From Eledone cirrhosa (Eukaryota): 64,000 nucleotides of DNA. A program made the translations under genes and the position numbers. Every line of letters starts with the position of its first letter. Position 1 is the first letter of the stretch. The DNA is taken from the NCBI GenBank assembly GCA_964016885.1, contig OZ024746.1, positions 17,484,001-17,548,000 on the forward strand, given 5' to 3'. Below, piece after piece: positions 27,376-54,160 of this stretch. The notes beneath the pieces are model-generated. The model was not told the origin of the DNA. It saw only the letters and a list, made by a program, of their open reading frames with translations, and did no database searches.

Positions 27376-28283
27376 TATATATTTGTACGTTGCTTAGTAT
27401 TTTGGGATCCTAACCTTGTGTCCTTGATCAAGCTACTTCGTGTTGCTCCATTTCATCCACTCAGCTGAAAAGGAGTACCAGTGATAACTTGAAGGGTTTA
27501 ACCCTGTGACAGATTGGTGTCCTGTCCAAGTGTAAGCCATAAATCCAGGATTAAGCTTCAAGTTTCATCCAACTTGTGAAAAACATGGAAAATTGGAGTT
27601 AAAATTCTACCAAGGGCTTCAAATCCCATTGAAGGCCAAAAAATTTTTATATTAATGTTACATATTTAATGAAGTTTAGAGGACATTAGTTTGGTGATCT
27701 GTTTTTCATGGGTTGTGGTTTATTTATTGTAATTTTCAGTTTCTTTAGATTAGGTAGTTTTAAAAAATATTTTTATATTCAAACATTTAATATTTAGACA
27801 TTTGTCATTTAACTTTTTGTCTCTTATTTTTAAATGAAAACCTCTTGCCATAATTTTATGGAAAAACCTTTTATGTTCCATAACACCAGCTTAAAAATGT
27901 AAAATAGTTACTGTATATACTCATGTATATTCCCATTAAAACTTCACCTGTAACTTACCTATTGTCCCTATAAAACCTTAATTTAAAACATGGTATGTTG
28001 TAAATGTATGTAAAATGGAGGTGTGATTTATCTACCTGTGCAACTTATACATGAGTATATATGGTAATTATTTTACTAAATCTTACAATATTGTTAATTA
28101 TTTTCAAAACAAAAATTGAAGCATGTACAGTAGAAATATGGCCATGCAGGAATTAAGTAGGAAAAAAAATTATTCAAACAAATTTGGTTACCATATTTCT
28201 AATGAAAGACACTGCATGCAATTTTCAGGTCATTTTGAAAATAATCAAGAATTAGGTGGGATTTTGTAATATAACTAACTTCA

Positions 28284-28632
28284 TTCATCATCATCATCAT
28301 CATCATCAGTTTACGTCCGCTTTTCCCTGCTTGCAAGGGTGGGGCGAGAACTAATTCTGGCTTGATTTCTACAGCTGGATGCCCTTCCTAACACCAACCT
28401 CATTTACAGTAAGTGCTGGGTGCTTTTTTGCCGTGGCACCTCTACGACCACTTTGCAGTGGAATGATATGGATCTCAGTCCCTATCATCTCATTTTTACA
28501 GCTGAGTAAACTGGAGCAATGTGAAATAAAGTATCTTGCTCAAGGAAACAACACATCACCCGGTCTGAGAATTGAACTCACAACCTTTTGATTGCAAGGC
28601 CAATGCTCTAACCACTAAGCCATGTGCCTCCA
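28284..28632 (-). mobile_element. tRNA-derived SINE with RTE-derived 3' tail
   Basis: Pol III A/B-box head (GGAGGCACATGGCTTAGTGG...GTGAGTTCAATTC). The tail CCCTTGCAAGCAGGGAAAAGCGGACGTAAA(ATG)n matches the RTE 3' end at 12428-12470. Confidence 0.85.
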
Positions 28633-29055
28633 TTATTAATATTATTAAGCCAGTGGATTAGCAGTATCAGTAGGGCGTCGGACAACAGCATAGAGTTACA
28701 ACTATTTACATTGTGAGTTTAAATCCAGTCAAGGTTAGCTTTGCCTTTCATCCTTACAGGGTCGATAAAATAAAGTACCAGTAATGCACTGGGGTAGATT
28801 TAATAGTGCCCCCCCCCCCCCCCCCCAAAAAAAAATTGCCGGCTTTGTGCCTAAATCAAAAACCAATATTAAGCTGATATTTGGAACATAACATAACAAA
28901 GGTCCTTACCAGGAGTGGTTTAGTATCAAAAGGGTTCATTAGACTGAGGCCATACTTGGGCATGTTTGAGAAAAAGGAATTTCTTTTAATCTATTGTGAA
29001 TTTGATGTCAGACTTTATTGATAACATGTTAATATATTTTTAATATATTTTGTAG

Positions 29056-29127
29056 GTTTGCACCAACTAAATCACTTATACAACAAATATATGTGATTTT
29101 CCAAGACAAAATTGTGTAATCTCGAAG
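29056..29127 (+). other. probable 5' UTR exon of the ZC3H11A-like gene
   Basis: ttttgtAG acceptor and AAG|GTATTT donor about 200 nt upstream of the first coding exon. Confidence 0.55.
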
Positions 29128-29334
29128 GTATTTGAAAGAAATGGAAAGAAAGCTATATATATGTTCTTCTGTATTACTATACTAGGTGGACTTATTTAAG
29201 CAAAATAAAATCAAACAAAAACACAAAACCAACCAAACAAAAAAAAAACTTTATACTATTTTTGTAGCTGGTAAACTTCATTTGAAGAATTTGTTCAAAG
29301 TGTTTTATTGTTGTTATATTAGAAAGCAGAAATA

Positions 29335-42685
<13,351 letters not shown>

Positions 42686-43576
42686 CACCATTCACCCTCC
42701 CACTTCCCCAAGACAATCCTCCCTCTCTCCTCTATATCTGATTTCACTTTCATTAAATATCACTGTTGGCATGGTCTCTATACCTGGATGCCCTTCTTAA
42801 AACCAAACCAAACCACTTTACACAGTGTACTGGATCTGTTTATCGTGGCACTAACACTATATACACTTTTAAACTTTTTGCATTTCACATTCTCATCATC
42901 AGTTCACCATTTCATTAATTCTTTACTCTTATAAATGGTAAAGTTCAAAATAAACCACATTTCTCGCTGCATTTTACAGTAATCTCCCTTGAATATCTTA
43001 ACGCTTGAAATAAACACACACACATACACACACACACACACACAAAGTATTGTGGGTGGTGGTAAAATAAAAGAAGCTACAGTATATTGTTGTGTATAAG
43101 TTACTCCAATTTCCATGAAACTGAAGTGAAAAACCAGTCTGAGACGTCTCTACTACAAGACCTAGAAAACCTTAATTCAACATATGTAAAATGAAATGTA
43201 ACTTATTTACTGGTGCAACCTGTACGACGTATACACAAGTATATACGGCTATTGAATTTTTCTTAATTATAGAATTAATTGTGAATAATTGTTTACAAAA
43301 ATGTTCCTTGTATAGGAATAATTAATTTTCACATAAACTAAAATCAAAAAGAGGGAAGAAAACTCCTGTTTACCAAAAATGTAAGATGTAACAGTTTTGG
43401 GTTTATTTGAAAAATAATTTTTTTTTTATTTGGAAATATAGGAATCCAATATTCTTTAATTTTTTTTCTAGAAATGATATGAACAGAACATTGTCATGTA
43501 ATTGAGAAATTTTGAAAAATTAACCTGAAATTGTTTTTCAGGGTGGAAAAAAAAAAATGAGATGTGAATCTTAAAA

Positions 43577-43582
43577 AATAAA
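43577..43582 (+). terminator. candidate polyadenylation signal of the ZC3H11A-like gene
   Basis: AATAAA followed by a U/GU-rich tract about 0.9 kb after the stop codon. Confidence 0.35.
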
Positions 43583-43986
43583 TATATTTAATGATTTTTG
43601 TTTTTGTAAGACAGTTGTATAATTGTTTCTTTATTGTTTTACTGGTTTCACTTATCCTCTGGTCATGCTAGTATATCTCATTTTGTTTGACCCGTTTAGC
43701 TTGTTCGCTTTTTTGGCTATGGTGGTTAATGGCATCGTCTCAGCGTGTATGAGACCATTTTAACTTATGTTTATAGCTCTGGTATCTTCTTCATATCCAT
43801 TGAGCGCTTGTCTGCACAATATGGAAGTTGCATTTCGCTAATTTCTACCCACCGAAATGCGATTCTCGCTAAATATATATATATATATATATATATGAAA
43901 GTCGGGGCTGCAACTCTCTAATATAGTCACACTTTTACTATCCCATCTGTACCGTCTTACTAGTTTAAAACTGGTAAAATCTTGAC

Positions 43987-44109
<123 letters not shown>

Positions 44110-44212
44110 TAAAGAGTTAAACAAGATTCAAAGAGTATATCAAAAAATGAGTTTTACAGTATATTTGAAGCACTCTACGGAAAATAATTTTCCAGAGTTA
44201 TTAATATTAAAA

Positions 44213-44553
44213 TCATCATCATCATCATTTTACGTCCGCTTTTCCCTGCTTGCAAGGGTGGGACAGGAACTGATTCTGGCTTGATTTCTACAGCTGGATG
44301 CCCTTCCTAACACCAACATCATTTACAGTGAGTGCTGGGTGCCTTTTTTCCGTGGCACTTCCACGACCACTTTGCAGTGGAATGATAGGGACCCCAGTCC
44401 CTATCATCTCATTTCTACAGCTGAGTAAACTGGAGCAATGTGAAATAAAGTGTCTTGCTCAAGGAAACAACACATCACCCGGTCTGAGAGAATTGAATTC
44501 ACAACCTTTCGATTGCAAAGCCAATGCTCTAACCACTAAGCCACGTGCCTCCA
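44213..44553 (-). mobile_element. tRNA-derived SINE with RTE-derived 3' tail (near-identical to 28284-28632)
   Basis: Same head, body and tail as the 28.3-kb copy. Confidence 0.85.
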
Positions 44554-45225
44554 TACAAAATACAAATATTAATAAAATAGATGTTCTTTTGATTAATTAC
44601 ATTTTATTATACATATTTCGGATGTACAACAATGAGGACGTACTGTTGTACATCCGAAATATGTATAATAAAATGTAATTGATCAAAAGAACATCTATTT
44701 TATTAATATTTGTATTTTAATATATATATCATCATCATCATCGTTTAACGTCCATCTTCCACGCTAGCATGGGTTTGGACGAGAATTTTCCCACTTGAGG
44801 CAAGATTGGTTGTCTTGCTCGTATAGGACTGTCTGGCGGGATTTTCTACGGCTGGATGCCCTTCTTAATACCAACCATGTTTACAGCCACATTACAGCGT
44901 GGACTGTGTTTTTTTTGTCGTGACACCTACACGACCTCATTTGTTTCGGACTGGATGTTGTGGTACCAACATAACATTACATTGGATGGGGTGGGGGTGT
45001 ATTTTTGTTAGAGGTGCCTACTGACTGTAGGTTTCGCTTTGTACTTAGGCAAGGCGGGTCTTCTGTATTACTGTGTAGCACCAAAGATCTTGGTTCAGTG
45101 ACATTGTCTTGGAGAGGTGTGTGTGAGGTCGGAATTTATCAAGTCGTCCCAGGTTTTTCTGGGTCTGCCTACTCCGTGGCTACCGTCTATTTTTATCGCC
45201 CTGCACATATATATATATATACATA

Positions 45226-46079
45226 CAAGGTGCGGACGATATCTGTTTGCAAGATTACTGTCTAGGAAAAAATAACACTAGTTTTATTTTTTAAGATTTA
45301 TTTATCAAACTTGGGTCAGTTTGTGTTCATGACTTGTTCTTTCGATCTCACTCGATAAACCCACCATTGGCTTTGATGACGGCCTCGGAACCAGCTACAG
45401 GACTTCGTCACTGTCCCCCGACTTAGGCCCCTAAAGGCACTTGTGATTCTGGCCTTCAGATCGTCTTTCATATTGCAGCTAGATCTTTTGGTGTCTCGTT
45501 CCACTGCGCCCCACACAAAGAAGTCGAGGGGGTTGCAGTCAGGCGAGCTGGGAGGCCAGATGTCAGGTGAAGTGTGGTCGACGAAGTTCTCTGACAGCCA
45601 GGCTTGGATCTTTCGGCTGGTATGGCAGGGCGCTGAGTCTTGCTGCCACACGTACGGCATACCTGCAGCTACCTGGTCGATCCAGGGCTTTACTACCTCG
45701 CTCAGAACGCGGATGTAGCCATCGGTGTTCAGCTTGAGGCCCTCAGGGAAGAAGTGAGGTGGCATGACGACACCTAAGACCAATGTTGTCGCTGGAAACT
45801 GTGTCTGCATGACTGGGCACGTCTTTGGATAAGACAGCGAGCCACCTGTTGTTCTGGGAGTTGATCTTCTGGTCTTATTTGTCCTCCCGGCGCGGATTAC
45901 AAGAACTCCGTGTCTCTTCCACAAATTTGGAGGTTCAAAATTATTCATAATCAATTATTCTGAGAATAAATAATGGAAATATAGTCAGTTTTTATGAAGA
46001 CAAGAGTGACAATGGAAATAAAAAAAATTTGCATAAAATTAGCAGTTGAAAATTGCGAACAAATATCGTCCGCACCCTA
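45226..46079 (-). mobile_element. Tc1/mariner superfamily DD37D (maT) transposon, internally deleted
   Basis: TIRs CAAGGTGCGGACGATATCTGTTTGCAA and TTGCGAACAAATATCGTCCGCACCCTA, flanked by TA. The ORF has WQQDSAPCH...WPPSSPDCNPLD with 37 residues between the last two catalytic Asp. Confidence 0.88.
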
Positions 46080-48099
46080 TATATATATATATATATAATC
46101 ATCGTTTAACGTCCATCTTCCACACTAGCATGGGTTGGATAGTATTGTCCCACTTGAGGCAAGATTGGTTGGGAGACCGTGTCTCGTTCGTACAGAACTG
46201 TTTCTGGCAGGTTTTTCTACTTAATACTACACCATCACTCTAATGGCAGAAGGACATTGTATTTAGGAAAAAGAAAAAAGATCCTTATTCAAGTTTTGTA
46301 TACTCTAATTAATATAAAATGATTCTCTACACTAACTGATTAAAATCACCTGTTTTAAACTATTTTTTCTTAAAATATATTTTCATTATGTTCCTTGGGA
46401 CATCTTTTTGATATTAATTTCTCTGAAACCAGTCTGGTTAAGTAATGCTCAAAAATATACAACAATGAAAGGGTTAACATCATCATCATTATATTACATC
46501 CCCTTGGCTTGGTATTATGGTGTTAGGCACATGATAATTAAATTATGAGTTTGATTCATAGACCAGCTTCTGTAGTGTGTCCTTGAGCATGGCACTTCAG
46601 TCATATTGCTCCCGTCCATCACCATTATTGTTTGGCTTCTGCTTTCACTGCTTGCAAGTTCTGTCAACTGATCAGGTTGGTGCTTAAAGGAGCCACAGAC
46701 CCCACAGATAGGCCAGGAGCCTGCATCTTGTATGATCACACTCTACCAACTGCTCAGATAGGCTGGCAGCCCACAACTCTTTTACATACGATCCCGCACT
46801 CTACCAAGTGCATTTTATCGTTACACCAGCACTAAGAAGATTGTAATGTCTTTGACACAGCTGAAGAGTCCTCTTGACCCTTTGGCAGGTTTTCTATAGC
46901 TGGATGTCCTTCCGATCACCAACTAGTCTAGATAGTCTACTAAGTGCACATATTGTGTAAATCACATGAAAATGAGTACCTGCGGAGGACTGGTGTCCTG
47001 TCCAGGGGGAAGTTTTTTACTCTTAGTTACTTAACATGCATGAAACTGGGATAAGTTCTAGCCCTCGACCAATCCATGCAAGCATAGAAAAATGGGCATA
47101 AGAGAGTCTTTCCATGCTGGTAGGGAGGAGACAGACTTTCACCTGTCAAGTCGCTATGCTATATGAAATTTGAGGCCCTTCTATAAAAAAATTATTATGA
47201 TTATTATTCTTTATATTAGTGCTAATGATAAAGAATATATATATATACATTTTTAATGATTTAGTGTTTAAGAATAAAAACTAATAAAATAAAAATATAT
47301 TTTAAAATATGAAGCTCCCGAGGGTGTTTGGCCCTAAGCTATAGTTTATAGGTAAATCCAGAATTAGTGGTAGGGGTTGGATAGGTGATCAGTCTGAGAG
47401 TAGATATGTAAAAAAACAAACAAAAAAAACGGGTTGTAACTAGGCATGTGGTTTGTAACCACTTGGGTAGTTTCTGGTTCGGTCCCACTATGTAGCATCT
47501 TCAGCAAGTATCTGTGGAGAGGAGAGGCTGGTATGCTTGGAATCTGCTGGTTCTCCACAAAAACTTGGTCCCAGCTTGTGGCTCGAATGGGACTTTTCCA
47601 GGTACAAATACCATGGGCACCGATTGGGAGAGGGGGTCTTTAACCCTTATATATATGCACAGAGTCCAATAAATCGTATACACACTTCAGGAAAAGACAT
47701 ATATATATTAATTTATTCAAGAGTACATTTCTTGCATCAAGATATCTGAACATGAAAATTCATCTTTTGTATGTGTGTGTATATATATATATGTATTTAT
47801 ACAAGTTTTCGTTTCCTGAAGTGTGTATATATATTTTTGGCTGACTCTGTATATATATTATTAATCTTTTTGTTGAACTGCTTATTATGGGACATTCTCA
47901 TATATACACACACATAAGTATGTGTATATATGTATATATTTATGCATATGACGGGCTTCTGCAGTCTTCATCAACTGAATGACATTCCCAAGTCATAGGC
48001 CAACTACAAATCCAATAATGTTATGGAAATTTTAAATATTGATTACCGAAGATTCTAAGCCTTTTAAAAATCTAATGTTTAAATAAAAGAAGGGAGGGA

Positions 48100-48410
48100 A
48101 AAAACTTTGTGGAAACTTAAGAAGGAATGTACTAAAACAAACAAACAAATCCTCGTTTAAAACAGTAAAGGAAGGGGTGAACAACCGAGCCAACACCAGA
48201 GCAAAAGACAGCAGCGAGGGGTACTCGTCTAATGACTTTTGAGGCAAGCCAGCGCATTCGCAGCGTTGTCTCGAGTGATGGCGAGGCTAATGCGCTGGAA
48301 CAGCCAAGCGCCCTCGCGATATTCGCCAGAAAGGAACCTCGCAGTCAGCGGCCCGACTCCCCCATACGTCTCGAAAGTCACCGGCTGAAAAAGGTAGCTA
48401 GCCGACAGAT
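48100..48410 (-). mobile_element. CRE-like LINE 3' fragment
   Basis: Minus strand reads YLFQPVTFETYGGVGPLTARFL...WLFQRISLAITRDNA. Confidence 0.7.
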
Positions 48411-48654
48411 AATCTAATTATAACTAAAAACTCTTAAAAATTCATAAAATTTAAATTTTAAACTAATTTTAGTAAATAAATAAAATTTGTTGTATGTCGT
48501 CACTTTTTTGAAAACAAAACTCAGTGCTGTTACCACCATTGTTATGATTATATCTCACCACTACTCTCTCTTTCTATCTTTGTAGCAGTCGACCAGTAAA
48601 ATATGAAAATAAATCACAGAATGTCTTTACAATTCGCATTATTCTATCTAGCTT

Positions 48655-48838
48655 TGGATTGGCAGTATCGGTGGAGGGTCGCACGCCATGCTTTCCAGCA
48701 TAGTTGCGTTCCTTTACGATCTGAGTTCAAATCCCGCCGAGGTTGACTTTGCCTTTCATCCTTACGGGGTCGATAAAATAAAGTACCAGTAATGCACTGG
48801 GTAATTGCTGGCCTTGTGCCTAAAGTAGAAACAATTAT
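48655..48838 (+). mobile_element. tRNA-derived SINE with Nin/Deu-like core (representative of more than 12 copies)
   Basis: GGATTGGCAGTATCGG...GAGTTCAAATCCC...GCCTTTCATCCTTACGGGGTCGATAAAATAAAGTACC. Other copies are near 12.8k(-), 15.9k(+), 20.1k(+), 21.6k(-), 22.1k(+), 24.55k(+), 28.65k(+), 38.6k(-), 41.1k(+), 49.3k(+), 50.1k(+/-), 56.8k(-), 61.9k(-) and 62.9k(-). Confidence 0.8.
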
Positions 48839-51414
48839 TCTATCTAGCTTTGTCTTGTCTGTCTCAACACATTCTTTATAATCTCATTTAAAACGTTTTA
48901 TTAGCTTTTCTCGTCGTAAACATCGGTGATTTCCCCTCCCTCTGTATATGTATAACTTTCGCTCTTTTATTTACACTTCATGTCTCTCACTCACTTACAC
49001 ACACATATGTAAATACATTTAATCTCAAAGACACAAATTTAATCACACCCATATATATATATACACACCAACGTACACAAACAGCAAACGCTATAAATGG
49101 CAGCAAAATTCCACTCAAATCTGGTCTAGAAAATGCTAAAAGTATCAACCAAATCTCTCTCAGATCACATTCCCGGTGTTTTGTATGTTAGAAACGCCAG
49201 TCAAATATTTGAATGTGTTAGAAAATCTATTCGTAAACACACACTCGTCTTGTTGAAATTCCACTTTAATGTATATTTGAATTTCAGCTGAAACCTCCAT
49301 ATTTTAATAAATACCTGTATAAAATTTCAATAAAGGTGGATTGGCAGTATCGGTAGCGGGTCGGACGCCATGCTTTGACGCATAGACTTATGGCCCTTGC
49401 CATTCTGAGTTCAAATCCCGCCGAGGTTAACTTTGCCTTTCATTCTTACGGGGGTCGAAAAAATAAAGTACCAGTAATGCACTAGGTATTTGCTGACCTT
49501 GTGGCAAAAGTAGGAACAATTATGAAGAAAGTTATAGTGCACCTGAGCCGTGAATACAACAATTTTAATTATTATTTTAATAAAATCTAAAGGTGTAATA
49601 CTAAAAAGAATTATCTATATTACAAAGCTGACGGCCGTATGTATGTAACAAACTTTTCGCCAAACAGCACGAAAGATGTAACTTTTTCCAAGTAAGAAAG
49701 TGAGGGTATTTTTGTCTTCTAAATTTCGTTAAAACGATTAAAGATATTTTATCGTTTATTTGAATATTCACTTCTTTAAAATTTTCAAATGTCAACACTT
49801 CCGGTTATACAACATTCCTCTCACTTTCTTAGATAGCTTCATAGCTATAATGTCGTGCCCTTATAATATGTCTCTGTATGCCTGGCTGTCTGCATGAGAT
49901 ACATAGCTATAAGGTCGCACGCTTATAATAATTATCTATCTGTCTGGCTGCCTGTCTACATTGGCTTCGCTTCTAACCAACTTTTAATTAATTCAATGCA
50001 AAGATACCGCACGCCCTCTCAATAATTAATTATATATATATAATTGTTTCTACTTTAGGCACAAGGCCAGCAATTAACCAGTGCATTACTGGTACTTTAT
50101 TTTATCGACCCCATAAGGATGATGGATATAGGGCGGTGGATTAGCAGTATCGGTAGAGGGTCGGACGCCATGCTTTCCAGCATAGTTACGCCCCTTTACG
50201 ATCTGATTTCAAATCCCGCCGAGGTTGACTTTGCCTTTCATCCTTATGGGGTCGATAAAATTATATATATATAATGATTAATTATATATATATAATTGTT
50301 TCTACTTTAGGCACAAGGCGAGCCAATACCCAATGCATTACTGGTACTTTATTTTATCATTAGTAATAATAATAAATGTGAAGACTAAAATCCAAAGAGG
50401 ACTCGATAAGGATAAATATATATCAAATATATAAGAACCCTAGAGCAAATATTGTTCTCATTGCTGATGTATTATCTTCGCTTTTTTCCGTTCTTTGCCA
50501 GGGAACGTCTTCACGAACCAAAGTATCGTCTTCCTGCTTTCCTTCGGTTGCAACGTTTTTCGAAATATTTACTTCTGCGTTCAGATTGATTTTTTTTCAG
50601 TTTCAGAGGGCGTGCGGTATCTTTGTATTGGACTGGATGGGGGATTCCTGAAAAGATAAAATGCCGGTATACTTAGTCGAACGGGCCAGCTAGTAAATTA
50701 TAATCCAAGGAAAAAAACTCATAAAACTGAATTTGAGCGAGTTACTTCCCTTCAATGACCAGTATTCCATCCGCTAACCCACCATCAACTGCTCAACCCG
50801 TCGTTCACCAGCCGACCAGTCACTCACCAACCAAATACGAATACATTTACATATGTATATTACACACACACACGTACGTGTGTGTATGCAAAGCGAAGTT
50901 TTATTTGTTGTGGAAGAAATGATGCACACGACAAATACCAACAATTCTGGTTAAATATATATCTTTACTTCGAATCGTAATATAATGTTTCATTATAGTG
51001 TTCAGTAAAGCTTCACTGTTGTACACGAATCTTTTATTTACTATGAAATGTTCCCTTAAAAGAAAAGTAACAAGTTGCAGTTGACAGTGCGTGGCTGGTA
51101 GTAGTAGTAAGCCGTTATATATCCAGGCTGTGTTGTCTAGGGAGAAGAGCCGGATGACTTAGTGAGTTAGGACCACAGGGCAGCCTATTTATAATGACCG
51201 CTAGTTATTTTACTGATAGATACCAGATGGCCCTAAAACATACATTTTTTTTTTTAGTATGCTCTCTTCCACCCATAATTGCCTCGGAAATGTTAACGTT
51301 TACTCAATTTTGCTGTCTGAAGAAATCACTATATCTATCATCATGTAAATATGTATAACGGCTCAATTAATAAAGGACTCTTAACATCTACAACTTCGCA
51401 TTTTCCTCTTTATA

Positions 51415-52320
51415 TATATGATGAGAACACGTAGGTTATACAATGTATACAATTCACTACCAAGTGCAACAATCGGTCGCACCTCACACTTTAAGGCAAG
51501 CCAACACGCTCGCAGCATCACCACGGACGATGGCGAGGCTAAGGCGCTGAAATAACCAGACCCCCCTTCCCCCCAGTGGGCATCACCTGACACCTCTGTA
51601 AGGTGAGTGGCTAGTGATAACAAGAACTTCGCTGTCAGCGGTCCATCTCTACCAAACGTCTCGAGCGCCACAGGCTGGAAAAAATAATTATTTGGTAAGT
51701 CCAGGTATTTCGGCAGCTGAAGCAGTGAGCCCCCACATATACCGCGGCGTCCATGGGGGGGGGGGGGGGGGACACACCAAATAGTCACTGACTGTGATGT
51801 TCCAGGAACAAAGGGTAAGACCGTCTGGTCTCTTCCTATCACTTCTGCATAAACCAGCCGGCTCCAGAACTGTGTGGATATTTACATGAGCTAGGGCACG
51901 TTTGATGATTAGGTTTAACTGGGTGTGACGAGCAAAACGACCAGCATTCAGGTGGCAGGACGAACCATGTAAACCTACGGCATCTCAGACACCCACAGAC
52001 GTCGGCTCCCACTCGAAGTGCAATGGAGATGCGGCGTTCGTCCTGACTGAGAAGACCATCAATCCAGCCCCTAAAGAATTTTGTGCTTGCAGAAAGCAAG
52101 TGGCAGTGCACCATAAATTTAGTCGCTTCGGCATCTGCGCTTTCAATGCAGAGGAGAAGTTAACCACTGGGGATAGACAGATCACTTCCTTTTCATGCTG
52201 GAAAGACTGCAGCCAGCTTGAGGGAGGATCCCCGTGAAGGGTGGCTATTGTAGCAGGAGTCGATGGTCTTTCTCCGTGGCAACGCCATCGCCATTTTGTA
52301 CATGGTGTGCATCTGAAATA
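51415..52320 (-). mobile_element. CRE-like LINE 3' part, degraded
   Basis: RISIALRVGADVC, RDQTVLPF and KYLDLPNNYFFQPVALETFG. Confidence 0.72.
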
Positions 52321-52899
52321 TACCTCTCAGACTGGGGTGTAGAACCTATCGCTCCTTCCCCTTACTTTCGTTGCTTAATTTCTTTATCTTCTTATTCTTT
52401 TTTGTTTCCTTATTGCTATCGATATTGTACAGTCTATACGAATACCCCCCCCCCCCCCCTCCCCCCAGCACAGTAGGACAACTCATGGGTATGATGAAAT
52501 ATTTACACCGGTGTCATAATTAATTTTATATCGGTATTTTCAAAACACTTGTATGTTATGGCTGGTAAGCTTTTAGCTGTCGTGAATGACTGACTGTATT
52601 TTCGCATATTTATTTCACAGAATAGTGGCTAATATGTTTAAAGTCACTCACAAACATTGAGCAGCATCTGAGTCACAAATATGTTGTCTCCTGCATATAT
52701 TATATAGAGGTAGACGACAGATACAGACATATAAATAAAAAAATATATATATACATATATATGCAGAGGTTATATTTAATTTGGTGAGATTCAACAAGCT
52801 TAAAAACTTTATAACTGATATAAAGCACTCAACAAATTAGTGGAGTAAATATTCAATATATTAATAAATGGAAACTATATTTATAAAACCATAATTATT

Positions 52900-52957
52900 T
52901 TATTATATATATTTCAAGGGCAACCAAGGCAAATTATGGTGCGCTTTCATCAGATAA
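52900..52957 (-). ncRNA. minimal type I hammerhead ribozyme
   Basis: Minus strand: UUAU-CUGAUGA-AAGCGCACCA(loop)UGGUUGCCCUU-GAAA-U-AUAU-AUA|AUAA, with an intact core and stems I-III. Confidence 0.65.
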
Positions 52958-53693
52958 TATATATATATATATATAAATGTGTGTGTGTGAGTTAGAATAC
53001 AGTGATGATAGAAAATGAAATTAGAAGTTTTCACCGTATATTGACTGCAGAAAATAGCATATTAGAGCATATGAATGCCAATTTTTGCCGTTATGGAGTT
53101 CATATGCCCTAATATACTATTTCCTGTAGTAAATGTACGGTGAAAGCTTCTTATTCTATTTTCAACGCCATATTCTATTACACATGTACTTATATATTTA
53201 CCGCTATCAAAATTACAGCTTCTAAATTTAACGGAGAAAAATAAGTTCACTGTTGTAGCTCATTACGAAAGTAAGAGGTGTGAGTTCGTTTCCCGTGCAT
53301 GCTAATGTCCATTTGTTAGACTATTTTCAACGTCGCCATGATACTTTGAAAGCGCCTAACTCTATTTTTAATTATATATCATCATCATCATCATCATCAT
53401 TTTACGTCCGCTTTTCGCTGCTTGCACCAGTACTCCCACGATTTCTCAAATAAAACGAGCTAGGCTGGTCTTGCTCGAATCCAGCCGGATTAATTGACGA
53501 CAGTTGCTTCTGACAGGACCCGTTGGTAGTTCGGGAGTAAGTGGGCAAAGAAGAAGAATATATATATATAGGTCGAAATGGCTTGAGGTCTGCCGCCGGG
53601 GTTAAATATTTTCCTATTACCCACGTTATTACTCTAAATATTGAGTACTCTGGTGCGTTATGGTCCATCTGGTTCCTTACCCCACATCCTTCG

Positions 53694-53727
<34 letters not shown>

Positions 53728-54005
53728 TCAAATGAAAGAAAATATTAATTCAACACTGTCAATCAGTCATACTACAAGGGGTACAGGAACTTCCCTCTAA
53801 GGCATCATACAATCTGTCTTACATCCTGAGGAAGGGAAAAAGATGAAGATAGGGAGAGGGACGGACAGAGTAAATGGGAGAGAGAGACCCCACTGAGTCA
53901 GTGGGAGGAAGAGTGAGAGAGAGTTCTGTTTAGGAATATGTTAATAGAAGAAAAAGAAATAACAGAAATCTCCAGAGCATTCTGTAAAATGTTTTATAAA
54001 AACGT

Positions 54006-54160
54006 TTATTCTGATTCAGTAGAGTTGGGTCTGTTTGGATTGTCCATTAACAGAATAGCATATTTATAATCCGCCAATGCCAAATCATATTTACCAAGTT
54101 GTCTTCTAGCTTCAGCTCGACGTAAAATAGTTGGTACATCAGATGGATATATGTGCAATG
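54006..54160 (-). CDS. TTC6: TTC6-like last exon
   Basis: ALHIYPSDVPTILRRAEARRQLGKYDLALADYKYAILLMDNPNRPNSTESE then stop. An AATAAA overlaps the stop codon. Confidence 0.87.

Noticed and set aside
28560-28632. tRNA gene
   Set aside because: The tRNA-like head continues into a SINE body and RTE tail, so it is a SINE.
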